Notes under the pieces: model-generated
Database searches by the model: none
What the model saw: the letters and a program-made list of their open reading frames with translations, nothing else
What the model was told of the DNA's origin: nothing
Made by a program: the position numbers and the translations under genes
In this document: positions 17,247 to 26,661 of the stretch, in pieces
How positions within the stretch are numbered: the stretch's first letter is position 1
Layout: every line of letters starts with the position of its first letter
DNA from: Armatimonadota bacterium
GTDB lineage: Bacteria; Armatimonadota; JAAZEB01
Length of the DNA stretch: 47,787 nt
Direction: 5' to 3'
NCBI GenBank assembly: GCA_012512505.1
Contig: JAAZEB010000167.1
Coordinates: forward strand, 1 to 47,787

Positions 17247-18460
17247 CCCTTCCCGCGAGACTCCCGCCGGCGGCGGGCCCAATCCGGTTTGTTCTCCTGC
17301 CGCGAGCGGGCAATCCCCAGCGCGTCCGCGGGCACCTCCTGGGGGATCGCCGAGTGGGCCGCCACGTAGGCGCCCGGCCCGATGGTAACCGGGGCGATCA
17401 GCACCGAGTTGCTTCCCACGAAGGCATGGGCGCCGATCGTGGTGCGGTGCTTCTCAAAGCCGTCAAAGTTGCAGGTGATCACCCCCGCGCCGATGTTCGC
17501 GTGGTCGCCCACCTCGGCATCGCCGACGTAGGCCAGGTGGGCAATGGAGACGTGGGCGCCCACCTGGGCGTTCTTCAGCTCCACGAAATCGCCCAGTTTG
17601 GTGCCCTCGCCCACGTCGCAGCCGGGGCGCAGTTGCGCGTACGGCCCCACCGCCACCCGGTGCCCCAGGCGGCTCTCCCGGATCACCGCCGCCTCGATGG
17701 TAACCTCGTCGCCGGTGACGCAGTGGATCAGGTGCGCGTGGGGACCAATGGTGCAGCGTTGGCCGATCTCGGTGCGGCCCTCCAGCAGCGTCCAGGGGTA
17801 GATCACCGTATCCATCCCGACGCGGACCCCGGCGTCGATGAAAGTGCTCTCCGGGTCGAGGATGGTGACGCCCTCGTCCATCAGGCGTTCGAGGGTGGCC
17901 CGGCGCAGCAGGCGCTCGGCGCGCGCCAGGTCGGCGCGGGTATCGACATCGATTAGCGGCTGGCCGGCCAGGCTGTAGACGCGCGCCGCGGGGAGGAGCG
18001 CCTCCGGGGTTGCCTCAGGGCTGAGGGCGAGGAGGGCCTCGCGGGCCACGGCGTAAGCGCCCACGGGAGCGCCGCCGATAGAGAGCGTGCTGGCGCCGCT
18101 GCCGGCGCCCTGGTGGAAGGTGAGCAGCGCCTGCAGGTGTGCCGCGGTGAGTTGCGGGTGATCGCACGGGAGCAGCAGCACCGTGGGGGCTGGTGGAAGC
18201 TGGGCGAGGGCGCGCTGGATCCCGGCAGCCAGGCTCTCGCCGCCAGGCACGTAGGTGGCGCGCTCCGCGGTGAGGGCGGCCAACGCCTCGGCCTCTGCCG
18301 GACCGAGCACCGCCACCGCCCTGACACCACTGCCTGTGGCGGCGTCGAGGGCATACTCCAGTAGGGCGCGGCCGCCAGCCCGGTGGAGCGCCTTCGGCAG
18401 TGCCGTCTTCAGGCGCGTGGCGGGGCCGTCCGCCAGGATGATCGCGACTGCATCGGCCAT
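17243..18460 (-). CDS. glmU: Bifunctional GlmU-like UDP-GlcNAc pyrophosphorylase/acetyltransferase (405 aa)
   Basis: N-terminal nucleotidyltransferase AIILADGPATRLKTALPKALH; C-terminal left-handed beta-helix hexapeptide repeats; conserved glmU-prs-pth order. Confidence 0.75.
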   Translation of the reverse strand: MADAVAIILADGPATRLKTALPKALHRAGGRALLEYALDAATGSGVRAVAVLGPAEAEALAALTAERATYVPGGESLAAGIQRALAQLPPAPTVLLLPCDHPQLTAAHLQALLTFHQGAGSGASTLSIGGAPVGAYAVAREALLALSPEATPEALLPAARVYSLAGQPLIDVDTRADLARAERLLRRATLERLMDEGVTILDPESTFIDAGVRVGMDTVIYPWTLLEGRTEIGQRCTIGPHAHLIHCVTGDEVTIEAAVIRESRLGHRVAVGPYAQLRPGCDVGEGTKLGDFVELKNAQVGAHVSIAHLAYVGDAEVGDHANIGAGVITCNFDGFEKHRTTIGAHAFVGSNSVLIAPVTIGPGAYVAAHSAIPQEVPADALGIARSRQENKPDWARRRRESRGKG

Positions 18461-18632
18461 TGCAAGGCCTGCCTTTCCCGGCACGCCCGGCCGCCGCCTG
18501 GCACGCCGGCGCCCGGGGGCACACCGCCCCCTACCCGCCGGGTGCCCACACGCCGCGGCCCGGGCCCCGTGCGGCGGCAACAAGCCCGAGCCACCCACGC
18601 GGCGGCTCGGGCTTGAGAAGGTGAAATCGTTA

Positions 18633-18706
18633 CTGGCTCCGGGGCAAGGATTCGAACCTCGATAGGCAGACCCAAATTCTGCTGTCCTACCATTAGACGA
18701 CCCCGG
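18633..18706 (-). tRNA. tRNA-Gln: tRNA-Gln (anticodon UUG)
   Basis: Hand-folded cloverleaf: acceptor TCCGGGG/CCCCGGA, D-arm GTCT/GGAC, anticodon stem GCAGA/TCTGC with loop ATTTGGG (UUG), T-arm CGAGG-TTCGAAT-CCTTG, genomically encoded CCA. Confidence 0.85.
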
Positions 18707-19001
18707 ATCGGCTGCCACCTTCATTATAGCCATCGGGCGCCGCCCTGTCAATCGCGAGTGCGCGTCGTGCGCGCCGTTGAGGTTCAAGGACCAGGAATGC
18801 GTTCTGGCGCCGGCCGGCGAGACGCCGACGATCCGACCCGGCTCGTGTCACTGAACGCATGCGGAGCGCCGTGCGGACTCCCGGTTGCCATCCGCGCGGC
18901 GGGGTGGTAGAATGGCGCCAACCCTCAGAGCGCGTGGCGGATGGGGCCGATCCCGCGCCGCGCGCTGCGCTGAAGCGGGGTGCCGGGAAGGGAGACCAAG
19001 C

Positions 19002-20441
19002 ATGGATCTACGGATGTTCATCGGTGGCCGCTGGGTCGAAAGCGAGAGTGGGGAGACGTTTGAGGCGACCAACCCGGCAACCGGGGCGGTGCTGGCGCGC
19101 CTGCCGCAAGGCACCCGGGAGGACGCGCGCCGGGCGATTGCGGCGGCGAACGCCGCGCGCGACCGCATTGCCGGGCTCACCCCCTGGGAGCGGTCGCGGC
19201 TTTGTCTGCGCATCGCCGCGGTGATGGAGCGCCGCCAGGAGGAGCTGGCCCGGGTGCTCAGCCAGGACCAGGGGAAGCCGCTGCACACCGAGGCGCGCAG
19301 CGAGATCGCCAGCGCCATTGAGGGTTTCCGGGAGGCCGCCGAGCACATCAAGTGGTTGGAGACGGCCGTGATCCCGGTGGCCGACCCGCACAAGCGCGTC
19401 TTCAGCATTCGGCAGCCGCGCGGCGTCTATGCCATCGTCACCCCCTGGAACTTCCCGTTCAACATCCCGGTGGAGTACCTGGCGCCCGCCCTGGCTGCCG
19501 GCAACGCCGTGGTCTGGGTGCCGGCGCCGACCACTTCGGTGTGCGCGGTGAAGCTAGCAGAGTGCCTGGAGGAGGCCGAGGTGCCCCCGGGCGTGGTGAA
19601 CCTGGTGACGGGCCCCGGCCCCGTGGTCGGCGACGAGATCGTGGCGCACCCCGGCACGGACGCGGTTGGCTTCACCGGGAGCGCGGCGACCGGCACGCAC
19701 ATCGCCGCGCGCGCGGCGGGGAAGCCGCTGCTGCTGGAGCTGGGCGGCAACGGGCCGACGATCATCCTCGAAGACGCGGACATCTCTCGCGCCGCCGAGT
19801 GCGCCGCCTTTGGCTGCTTCTTCAACGCCGGTCAGGTCTGCTGTGCCACGGAGCGGATCCTGGTCCATGAACGGGTGCATGACGCTCTGGTGGATGGGCT
19901 GCTGGCGGCGGCGCGGCAGGTGCGCCTCGGTCTGCCGGAGGACGAGGGCACGACGATGGGCCCGCTGAACAACCAGCCGGTGGCCGAGAAGATGGACCGC
20001 CACCTGGCAGACGCGCGGGAGAAGGGGGCCGAGGTGCTCTTCGGTGGCCAGCGCGCCCCGGGCTTCCCCACCGACCTCTTCTACCAGCCCACGGTGGTGG
20101 ACCGGGTGCCGGAGGACTCCCTGCTAAACACGGAGGAGACGTTCGGCCCGGTAGTGCCGGTGCTTACCTTCCGCACGCACGAGGAGGCCCTGGCAATCGC
20201 CAACGCCTGCAGCCTCGGCCTGGTCTCCGCGGTGTTCACCACCAGCCTGCGTCATGCCCACCACTTCGCGGAGAAGCTGCGCACCGGCATCGTGTGCGTC
20301 AACGACCACACCGACTACTGGGAGCTGCACATCCCGTTTGGTGGCGTGGCGGGCAAGCGCAGCGGCGTGGGCCGCATCGGCGGGAAGCACGCGATCCTGG
20401 AGATGACCGACCTCAAAACGATCGCCATGGACGTGCGCTGA
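19002..20441 (+). CDS. NAD(P)-dependent aldehyde dehydrogenase
   Basis: ELGGNGP, catalytic FNAGQVCCATERILV, Rossmann GTGSAATG; GGGAAGGGAGA SD. Confidence 0.9.
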   Translation: MDLRMFIGGRWVESESGETFEATNPATGAVLARLPQGTREDARRAIAAANAARDRIAGLTPWERSRLCLRIAAVMERRQEELARVLSQDQGKPLHTEARSEIASAIEGFREAAEHIKWLETAVIPVADPHKRVFSIRQPRGVYAIVTPWNFPFNIPVEYLAPALAAGNAVVWVPAPTTSVCAVKLAECLEEAEVPPGVVNLVTGPGPVVGDEIVAHPGTDAVGFTGSAATGTHIAARAAGKPLLLELGGNGPTIILEDADISRAAECAAFGCFFNAGQVCCATERILVHERVHDALVDGLLAAARQVRLGLPEDEGTTMGPLNNQPVAEKMDRHLADAREKGAEVLFGGQRAPGFPTDLFYQPTVVDRVPEDSLLNTEETFGPVVPVLTFRTHEEALAIANACSLGLVSAVFTTSLRHAHHFAEKLRTGIVCVNDHTDYWELHIPFGGVAGKRSGVGRIGGKHAILEMTDLKTIAMDVR

Positions 20442-20526
20442 GCGGCGCCGTGGTTCGGGGGCACTCACGCGAAGCCGCGGGGCGCTGCCGCCTCGCGACC
20501 CCGCGTGGGTGCCTCCTGGCGCCCGC

Positions 20527-20829
20527 CTAACCCACCAGCAGCTTGGGTTGGTCCAGATCCTCCACCACCAGTGGCCCGTGGACGCGGCGCTCTGCCCGGG
20601 CGAACAGATCATCGGCCCGCTTTAGGTCTCGGTTGAACTCCTGCAGCGCCATCTCAATCGCCCGGATGCGGTGGAGTAGCCGCGCGTGGACGGTGGCGAG
20701 TTGGCGTGCTTCCACCGGATCCGGCACGGCACGTAGCATACCCTCGCGGATGGAATCGTCCACCAGGCCACGCATCGTGTGGGAAATCGAGAGAAGGTGC
20801 TCGTGCATGCGCTGTGTCTCTGACAGCAT
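20527..20829 (-). CDS. Hypothetical helical protein (100 aa)
   Basis: GGAGG SD upstream of ATG 20829; no recognised domain. Confidence 0.4.
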   Translation of the reverse strand: MLSETQRMHEHLLSISHTMRGLVDDSIREGMLRAVPDPVEARQLATVHARLLHRIRAIEMALQEFNRDLKRADDLFARAERRVHGPLVVEDLDQPKLLVG

Positions 20830-21329
20830 CTCACCGCCTCCTGGTGCCCGGTCCGGTTGGTCTCCGACTCCGCCGCTGCCGGCAGGCGGGCGCGGGCGGA
20901 GCTGCTGCCGACCGCGACGGGCACAACTGTTCTGGCCCCCGAGCGACAAGGTTTGGCCCTGCCTGCTGAATGCCAACCGCCGTCGCGGGTGACGGCAAAG
21001 CAGTTGCCCCAGCAGGTTCTAGCCAGATTCTTCCCCTCGCCTCTAGCGACTAAACGCGAGCCACCTCCGGGCTGGCCCTCGCCAGAGGCGGCCAGTTGGC
21101 GCGCTCCCGCCCGGCATCTATCCGGGCACCGTGCCGGTTCGCGGGGCGCCCGGCGTCCGGGTGAGGGCGGGCCTCCCCGGATCGCCGCCGTGACGGAATG
21201 CCAGGCGATCCCAGGACTAGTCGGCGGATAAACAGAACATCTCGCCGAACGTCGTGAGGCGCCTGGGCCCCCTGCGCGCCGTCGGCGCGGCTGCGTGCTG
21301 ACCGCTCCTTTGGGGCCCTGTTGCGTTTC

Positions 21330-21359
21330 TTGACACCCCTTGGCTGCGTATGCTATACT
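21330..21359 (+). promoter_or_regulatory. Consensus sigma70-type promoter TTGACA-N18-TATACT upstream of gmhA-like gene
   Basis: ttgacacccc ttggctgcgt atgctatact; perfect -35, near-perfect -10, 18-nt spacer, ~76 nt before ATG 21436. Confidence 0.6.
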
Positions 21360-21435
21360 CGCGCCATCCAGGCTGCCTGCCTGCTGCCTCACAGGGGGAT
21401 GCTGCAGCCGCCGCCTGGAGCCGATAGGAGGGGGC

Positions 21436-22050
21436 ATGCCGGAGACGCCGCAATCCCCAGGAAGCGGCCTGATCGCGCAATACCTGGGTGCCGTGGGGGA
21501 TGCGCTGCGGGGGCTGGACACCGCGGTGCTCCAGGCGATCGCCGATACTTGTGTCTCTCACTGCCGCGCGGGCGCGCAGCTTTTCGCCTGCGGCAACGGC
21601 GGCAGCGCGGCCACCGCCTCCCACTTCATTGAGGATGTCGCCAAGGGGATCCAGCCCCAGGGCCGGCGCCGCGTCCGCGCCATCGCGCTCACCGACAGCG
21701 TGCCGTTGCTCACCGCCTGGGCCAACGACACCGACTACGCCAACATCTTCGCCGCCCAGCTCGACAACCTCGCCGAGCCGGGCGACCTGCTGCTGGCAAT
21801 CAGCGGCAGTGGCAACTCACCAAACATCATCCGCGCCGTGGACTGTGCCCGCGAGCGGCAGGTCCACACCATCGGTCTGGCCGGCTTCGGGGGAGGCCTC
21901 CTGCGCCAGCGGGCGCATCAGTGCCTGGTGGTGCCTAGCGCCAACATGCAGCACGTCGAGGATGTGCATCTCGTGGTAACCCACCTGCTGTACACCTACC
22001 TGAAGCACGCCCTGGAAACAGTGTCGGATCCCAACGGAAAAACCGTCTAG
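21436..22050 (+). CDS. gmhA: SIS-domain phosphoheptose isomerase (GmhA-like)
   Basis: GNGGSAATASHFIEDV and LLLAISGSGNSPNIIRAV blocks align to E. coli GmhA; GGAGGGGG SD. Confidence 0.7.
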   Translation: MPETPQSPGSGLIAQYLGAVGDALRGLDTAVLQAIADTCVSHCRAGAQLFACGNGGSAATASHFIEDVAKGIQPQGRRRVRAIALTDSVPLLTAWANDTDYANIFAAQLDNLAEPGDLLLAISGSGNSPNIIRAVDCARERQVHTIGLAGFGGGLLRQRAHQCLVVPSANMQHVEDVHLVVTHLLYTYLKHALETVSDPNGKTV

Positions 22051-22088
22051 TCACAGCAGAAATTCGCAGCCAGCGAGCGTGTGCGCGC

Positions 22089-22118
22089 TTGACAGGCGTC
22101 TGAGGGGTATGCTATACT
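22089..22118 (+). promoter_or_regulatory. Second consensus sigma70-type promoter TTGACA-N18-TATACT, shares GGTATGCTATACT with the first
   Basis: cttgacaggcgtctgaggggtatgctatact ~85 nt upstream of ATG 22204. Confidence 0.55.
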
Positions 22119-22203
22119 ACTGCAGGCGTATCTGGGGCGCGCGCGGCACGCCGGCAGGGAAGGGCCACAATCGATCGTCGTGATCACTACGCAGCGTTCC
22201 ACC

Positions 22204-23457
22204 ATGGTGTCGCTCGTCCACCGTTGCCGCAGGTTTCCCAGGTGCTGGATGGGGCCGCTCGTTCTTGCCTGTGCCCTGCTCCTCGGACTGTCGGGGAGGG
22301 CGCTGGCGCAAGGCTCGGCCGCCGACATCGAGGCGGCCCTGGCAGCGGAAGGCTTTGAAAATCTGAGCGTGACGGAGGAGGCAGGGGGCCGCGAGCTCCG
22401 TATCGCCTTCGAGAACCGCCGCTATCGCTGGGAAGTTGCCGGGTTGGGGGTGGCGCTGGCCATTGCCGCCGCGCATCATGAGGGGCGGCTGGTGGTCGTG
22501 CCCCTGCACTCGGCGATCCCGATGGCCCAGATCGAAGTGGAGGCCGCCGACTATCGGGCGTTCCTGCGCGGGGAACTGGACGGGCAGCAGCTCTTTGCCC
22601 GGATGACCATCACCAACCACGTGACGCCGCAGGAGGAGCTGGGCCAAAACTCCAGCTTCGGCCGGGTGGACATCACCTTCGCGCCGGGGGTGCGGCTGAA
22701 CCTGGTCACCCCCGCACCGCCAGGCGTGTTCTCCGGCGGTGAGTTGCGGCTGAACCCGGGTGTTTACGCCAACCTGTGGCGCGGGCTGACGTTCGAGGGA
22801 ACTTACGTCTACCCGCTCAGCAGCAGCGACCCGGTGATCGGCCGCGCGGTGGGCTCGGTGAACGCCCGCGTTGGCAAGGAGGGGTACTTCCAGGCGCAGG
22901 CGGGGCGGCTGGCCGAGGGTCTCGATGGCTTCGTGGCGCAGATCAGCCACCTGAGCGCCGATGGGCAGCATCGGGTCGGCCTCACCGTTGGGCAAGCGGC
23001 CTACCCGGGGATGGACCGGACGCTTAGCTACCAGGGCTTCTACTCCTGGCGGCCCACCTTCCTGGACCTGACGGCGACGGTGGGGCTGGGTCGCTTTCTC
23101 GGGGGCGATACCGGCTACACGCTAGGGGTAGTCAGCGGCTTCGGCGAGCGCAGCGTCGAGTTCTTCATGAACAAAACGTCGTTCAGCCGCACCCTGGGGG
23201 CGGGCTTCACCATCCCCCTGGGATGGCAGCGGCAGGCGCGGCCGGCGCCGGTGCGCTTCCGCTTCCGCAACGCCTTCCGCTTTGTCTATACTGACGAGAA
23301 GCCGCTGCGGGACGGGGGGTTGACCATCCCCCTCTCGGATGGCTACCAGGTAGCGATCCGGCGCTGGAACCGGACCTACCTGCAAAGCTACGCTCGCCAA
23401 TTGCGTGATGCTGGCTCTAAGTGGGCGCCGGCGGATACTACGGAACTCGGAGAGTAG
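22204..23457 (+). CDS. Secreted hypothetical protein (signal peptide; ~418 aa)
   Basis: N-terminal hydrophobic signal ...MGPLVLACALLLGLSGRALAQGSA; start uncertain (GTG 22180 / ATG 22204 / ATG 22249). Confidence 0.55.
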   Translation: MVSLVHRCRRFPRCWMGPLVLACALLLGLSGRALAQGSAADIEAALAAEGFENLSVTEEAGGRELRIAFENRRYRWEVAGLGVALAIAAAHHEGRLVVVPLHSAIPMAQIEVEAADYRAFLRGELDGQQLFARMTITNHVTPQEELGQNSSFGRVDITFAPGVRLNLVTPAPPGVFSGGELRLNPGVYANLWRGLTFEGTYVYPLSSSDPVIGRAVGSVNARVGKEGYFQAQAGRLAEGLDGFVAQISHLSADGQHRVGLTVGQAAYPGMDRTLSYQGFYSWRPTFLDLTATVGLGRFLGGDTGYTLGVVSGFGERSVEFFMNKTSFSRTLGAGFTIPLGWQRQARPAPVRFRFRNAFRFVYTDEKPLRDGGLTIPLSDGYQVAIRRWNRTYLQSYARQLRDAGSKWAPADTTELGE

Positions 23458-23611
23458 TGTTCACTGGCGCAGCCTCACCCGGGGATGTGCCCCGGCGAGG
23501 GGTCGCCGGTCGGACTCATGCGGCCGGACACCAGTGGGTCATCGTGCCACGCCTGGGCGCGGCCGATGCCCCACTAGGGCGAGAGAGTGTGTGGGAAGTC
23601 ATCGAAAGGAG

Positions 23612-24892
23612 ATGAGCGAGAACATGGAGTTCGCACGTTTTCGCACCAGAGCAACAGCGCTTCTCGCGCTGGGCGTCCTGGCCCTGGCCGCGGTTTTCGT
23701 CGGCGGCTGCGCGGCGCCCGATGATGATGAGCGCGCCACCTTCGGCACGGTTGCTGGTGTCGTTCAGGACACCGCCGGCAACCCGGTCGCCGGCGCGACG
23801 GTTCGCCTCGAGCAGGCTGGGGTGCCGGATCTGCCAGGCGTGGCCTCGGTGATCACCGATGCCTCGGGCCAGTTCATCTTTCCGTCCGTGCAGGTGTCGG
23901 GCGCGCTGCTGAGCGTCGTCGCTGAGGCGCCCGGGTTCCTGCCCAGCGTGGGCCGGGTTTCCCTCACCAATGGCGCCACGGTGACGCGGTTCGCCGTCGC
24001 CAACACTGGTGTCACCACCGTGACCGTGGTCCTGCAGGCGGTCGACACCAGCGTCCAGGTTGGCCCGGGTGGCACCACCCTCACCGTGGGCGACGTGGGC
24101 GACGACATCACCATCGCCTTCCCGGCCGGGGCCGTGCCCGCCGGCACCACCGTTTCGGCCACCCGCCTGTCGGGCACCGGCCTCCCGGTGGCGGCCAGCG
24201 ACCTCAGCCGCAGCCGCGACTTCACGCCGGGCACCACCCAGGTGTTCGACGTGCCGGTGGTGGCCGTGGCGATCACGCCGGATGGCCTCGTGCTCAACAC
24301 TGCGGCCACCGTCACCGCCAACCTGCCGCTGCCGCTGAGCACCGCTCCGCTGTGGCGCTTTGACTTCAACGCCAACGCCTGGGTGCCCGCCGGCTTCGCC
24401 GAGCTGCTCACCCCGACGCAGGCGCGCTTCGACATCACCACTCTGGGCACCTACATGATCAGCCTGGAGACCACCTGGACCTTCGGCGCCGCTGTGCCGC
24501 AGAGCACCAGCCCGTTCAACAACGGCCCAGTGACCGCCAGCTTCCCCCCGCTGACCAGTGGCGAGGCCTACTCGGTGGCCCTGCCGGTCCAGCTCGACGT
24601 GAACACCCTGCCCGCCAGCGAGATCGCGTTCCTCAAGAACGCTTTCGCGGCGATCGCGAGCGAGCCGGCTGACGGCTTCGGGCGCGAGGTGATTCCGCCC
24701 GGCGGCACCGTCGGCAAGAACTGCGTGCTCAACGCCTCCACCGTGCAGGTGAGCTACGAGATCCCGGGTGCCTTCCGCCAGGCGAACGGCACTCGCTTCT
24801 TCTGGATCTGCACCGAGACTTCGGCGCTGCCGCCGGTGGTGACGCCCCCGCACTTCCAGGGGCACGGCCAGGGCGGCGGCACGGGCGGCTAG
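23612..24892 (+). CDS. Lipoprotein with carboxypeptidase-regulatory-like (Cna-B-type) domain and Thr/Val/Gly-rich beta region
   Basis: Lipobox FVGGC; VAGVVQDTAGNPVAGATVRLEQAG...DASGQFIF; perfect AAGGAG SD. Confidence 0.7.
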   Translation: MSENMEFARFRTRATALLALGVLALAAVFVGGCAAPDDDERATFGTVAGVVQDTAGNPVAGATVRLEQAGVPDLPGVASVITDASGQFIFPSVQVSGALLSVVAEAPGFLPSVGRVSLTNGATVTRFAVANTGVTTVTVVLQAVDTSVQVGPGGTTLTVGDVGDDITIAFPAGAVPAGTTVSATRLSGTGLPVAASDLSRSRDFTPGTTQVFDVPVVAVAITPDGLVLNTAATVTANLPLPLSTAPLWRFDFNANAWVPAGFAELLTPTQARFDITTLGTYMISLETTWTFGAAVPQSTSPFNNGPVTASFPPLTSGEAYSVALPVQLDVNTLPASEIAFLKNAFAAIASEPADGFGREVIPPGGTVGKNCVLNASTVQVSYEIPGAFRQANGTRFFWICTETSALPPVVTPPHFQGHGQGGGTGG

Positions 24893-24940
24893 TCCCGGCT
24901 TGCAACCGAACCCAGGTTTGTCTTGGGTTCGTCTCGCTTC

Positions 24941-24985
24941 GGCGAAGCCCCCGGCAACTGCCGGGGGCTTCGCCGTCTCTGGAAT
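24941..24985 (+). terminator. Terminator-like hairpin(s) after the lipoprotein gene
   Basis: ggcgaagcccccgg-caactg-ccgggggcttcgcc perfect 14-bp stem followed by gtctctgg; preceded by second hairpin cgaaccca...tgggttcg (24907-24931). Confidence 0.5.
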
Positions 24986-25085
24986 CTGGAAGCGGTTTGC
25001 CGCGGGCGCCGGCCGGGTAGCTTTGGGAGACAGGCCACAGCGCCCGGGCTTACCCCGCGGCGTCTGGGCCGCAGCGGGGAGGGCG

Positions 25086-25313
25086 ATGAGGCGCTTCGGC
25101 TTTGCTGTCGGGATGTTGTTTGGGGCCGCGGCTGGCCTCTTCCTGGCCCCGCGGCGCGGCGCGGAAACCCGGCGCGCCATCCGGGCCGTCGGCGGCGAAC
25201 TGGCCGACCTGGTGGCCACCCCGTTCACGGAGCTAGCGACGGCGGTGGGCACCAGCCTGCGGCAGCGCGGGGTGCGCCCGGCAACCCTCGGTTCTTGCGA
25301 GCCAACCTTGTAG
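25086..25313 (+). CDS. YtxH-like small membrane protein (75 aa)
   Basis: FAVGMLFGAAAGLFLAPRRGAETRRAIRAVG matches YtxH/DUF948 signature; GGGGAGGG SD. Confidence 0.5.
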   Translation: MRRFGFAVGMLFGAAAGLFLAPRRGAETRRAIRAVGGELADLVATPFTELATAVGTSLRQRGVRPATLGSCEPTL

Positions 25314-25467
25314 CGGATGCCCTCGGCCGGTGGTACCCGCCGCCAGGGTGTCGTTCCATTCGGTTCCGCCATGCCCGGCGAGGGCGGGCAGGAACGCCAA
25401 GTCGATCCATCGAACGGAAGGGCAGAGTGCCGGGGGGCACGCTGGCCTCCGGTACCCGCGCACTGGC

Positions 25468-26622
25468 ATGAACTTACACCTGCTGAAGTGGCTGGCCGTG
25501 GCAGCGGTGCTGGCACTGGTCGGGATTGCTGGTCTGTTGGGCCACGTGGTCCTTGCCAGCGAACTCGGCATCGTCAGTTACTTCGTGCTGGCCGCGGCGG
25601 CGATCCTGATCGGGTTGGGGATCGGCCACGCCGCGGCCGAGGTGAACCGACGCCACCAGGTGGCGATCGAGCGCCATAACCAGGAGCTGGCGGCGCTCAA
25701 TGCCGTCGCGGTCACTGCCAGTCGCTCCCTCGAACTTGCCTCCGTCCTGACCGACTGCCTGGATAAGACGCTGGAAGTGATGCAGGTCGATGCCGGCGCG
25801 ATCCTCCTCAGCGGCGACTCCGGCCCGACCCTCGGTGCCCAGCGTGGCCTCTCTGAAGAGTTCTTAACCGGGCTGACCCAGCAGGTGAAGCTGGACGACA
25901 GCGCTGACGGCTGCGTGGTGCTGCCCGATGGCTGCGTGCTGCGCAAGGGGTGCCACGGCAGCGGCGCACACATGCGCGCCTCGGTGTCGGTGCCGCTGCG
26001 CTCCGAGGGCCGGGTGGTGGGGGCGATGTACCTGCTCAGCCACGGCTTCCGTGCCTTCACCCAGCGCGAAGTGCAGATCCTCGTCTCCATCGCCGACGTG
26101 ATCGGCATGGCTGTGCAGAACGCCCGCCTGCATGCCCAGGTGAAGGAAAGCGCCACCCGCGACGCCCTCACCGGCCTCTACAACCGCCGCAGCTTCGATC
26201 AGCTCTACGTCCAAGAAGTCGCCCGCTCCAGCCGCTACGCCACCCCGCTGACGGTGGCGATGATCGACATCAACGACTTCAAGGGCATCAACGACCGGTT
26301 GGGCCATCCCGCCGGCGACCAGGCGCTGGAGGCGGTGGGGAAGATCCTCCGCGGCGGCCGCTCCACCGACATTGCCGCCCGCTACGGCGGCGATGAGTTC
26401 GTGGTGATGATGCCCAACACCGACCGGCGCGCCGCCCGCGCCGTGATCGAGCGGATCCGCGAGGCCGCCCGCGCGACGCGTCTCCCCGGGATCCTCGACG
26501 CGGGGATCGAACTCAGCATCGGCCTGGCCGACAGCACCGAGGGTTACGACCGCATCCTTGAGCGTGCCGACGCCCGCATGTACCGCGAGAAGCGCGAGAC
26601 GCACGCCGACTGCAACGCCTGA
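25468..26622 (+). CDS. Membrane-anchored GAF-GGDEF diguanylate cyclase with I-site
   Basis: Two N-terminal TM helices, GAF-like middle, GGDEF active site (RYGGDEFVV) and RSTD I-site (RxxD) upstream. Confidence 0.85.
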   Translation: MNLHLLKWLAVAAVLALVGIAGLLGHVVLASELGIVSYFVLAAAAILIGLGIGHAAAEVNRRHQVAIERHNQELAALNAVAVTASRSLELASVLTDCLDKTLEVMQVDAGAILLSGDSGPTLGAQRGLSEEFLTGLTQQVKLDDSADGCVVLPDGCVLRKGCHGSGAHMRASVSVPLRSEGRVVGAMYLLSHGFRAFTQREVQILVSIADVIGMAVQNARLHAQVKESATRDALTGLYNRRSFDQLYVQEVARSSRYATPLTVAMIDINDFKGINDRLGHPAGDQALEAVGKILRGGRSTDIAARYGGDEFVVMMPNTDRRAARAVIERIREAARATRLPGILDAGIELSIGLADSTEGYDRILERADARMYREKRETHADCNA

Positions 26623-26661
26623 TCCGCGCCCAGGGTGGCTGCGGGCGCGGCAGGCCACCCA

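Noticed and set aside
16143-17369. 408-aa + ORF
   Set aside because: Antisense to prs, which has unambiguous PRPP-synthetase motifs.
18560-18720. Additional tRNAs near tRNA-Gln
   Set aside because: Only one T-loop (GGTTCGAATCC) and one cloverleaf could be folded; flanking sequence does not fold.
23516-25516. 666-aa minus-strand ORF
   Set aside because: Antisense to the lipoprotein gene and the YtxH/GGDEF starts; no signal or domain features.
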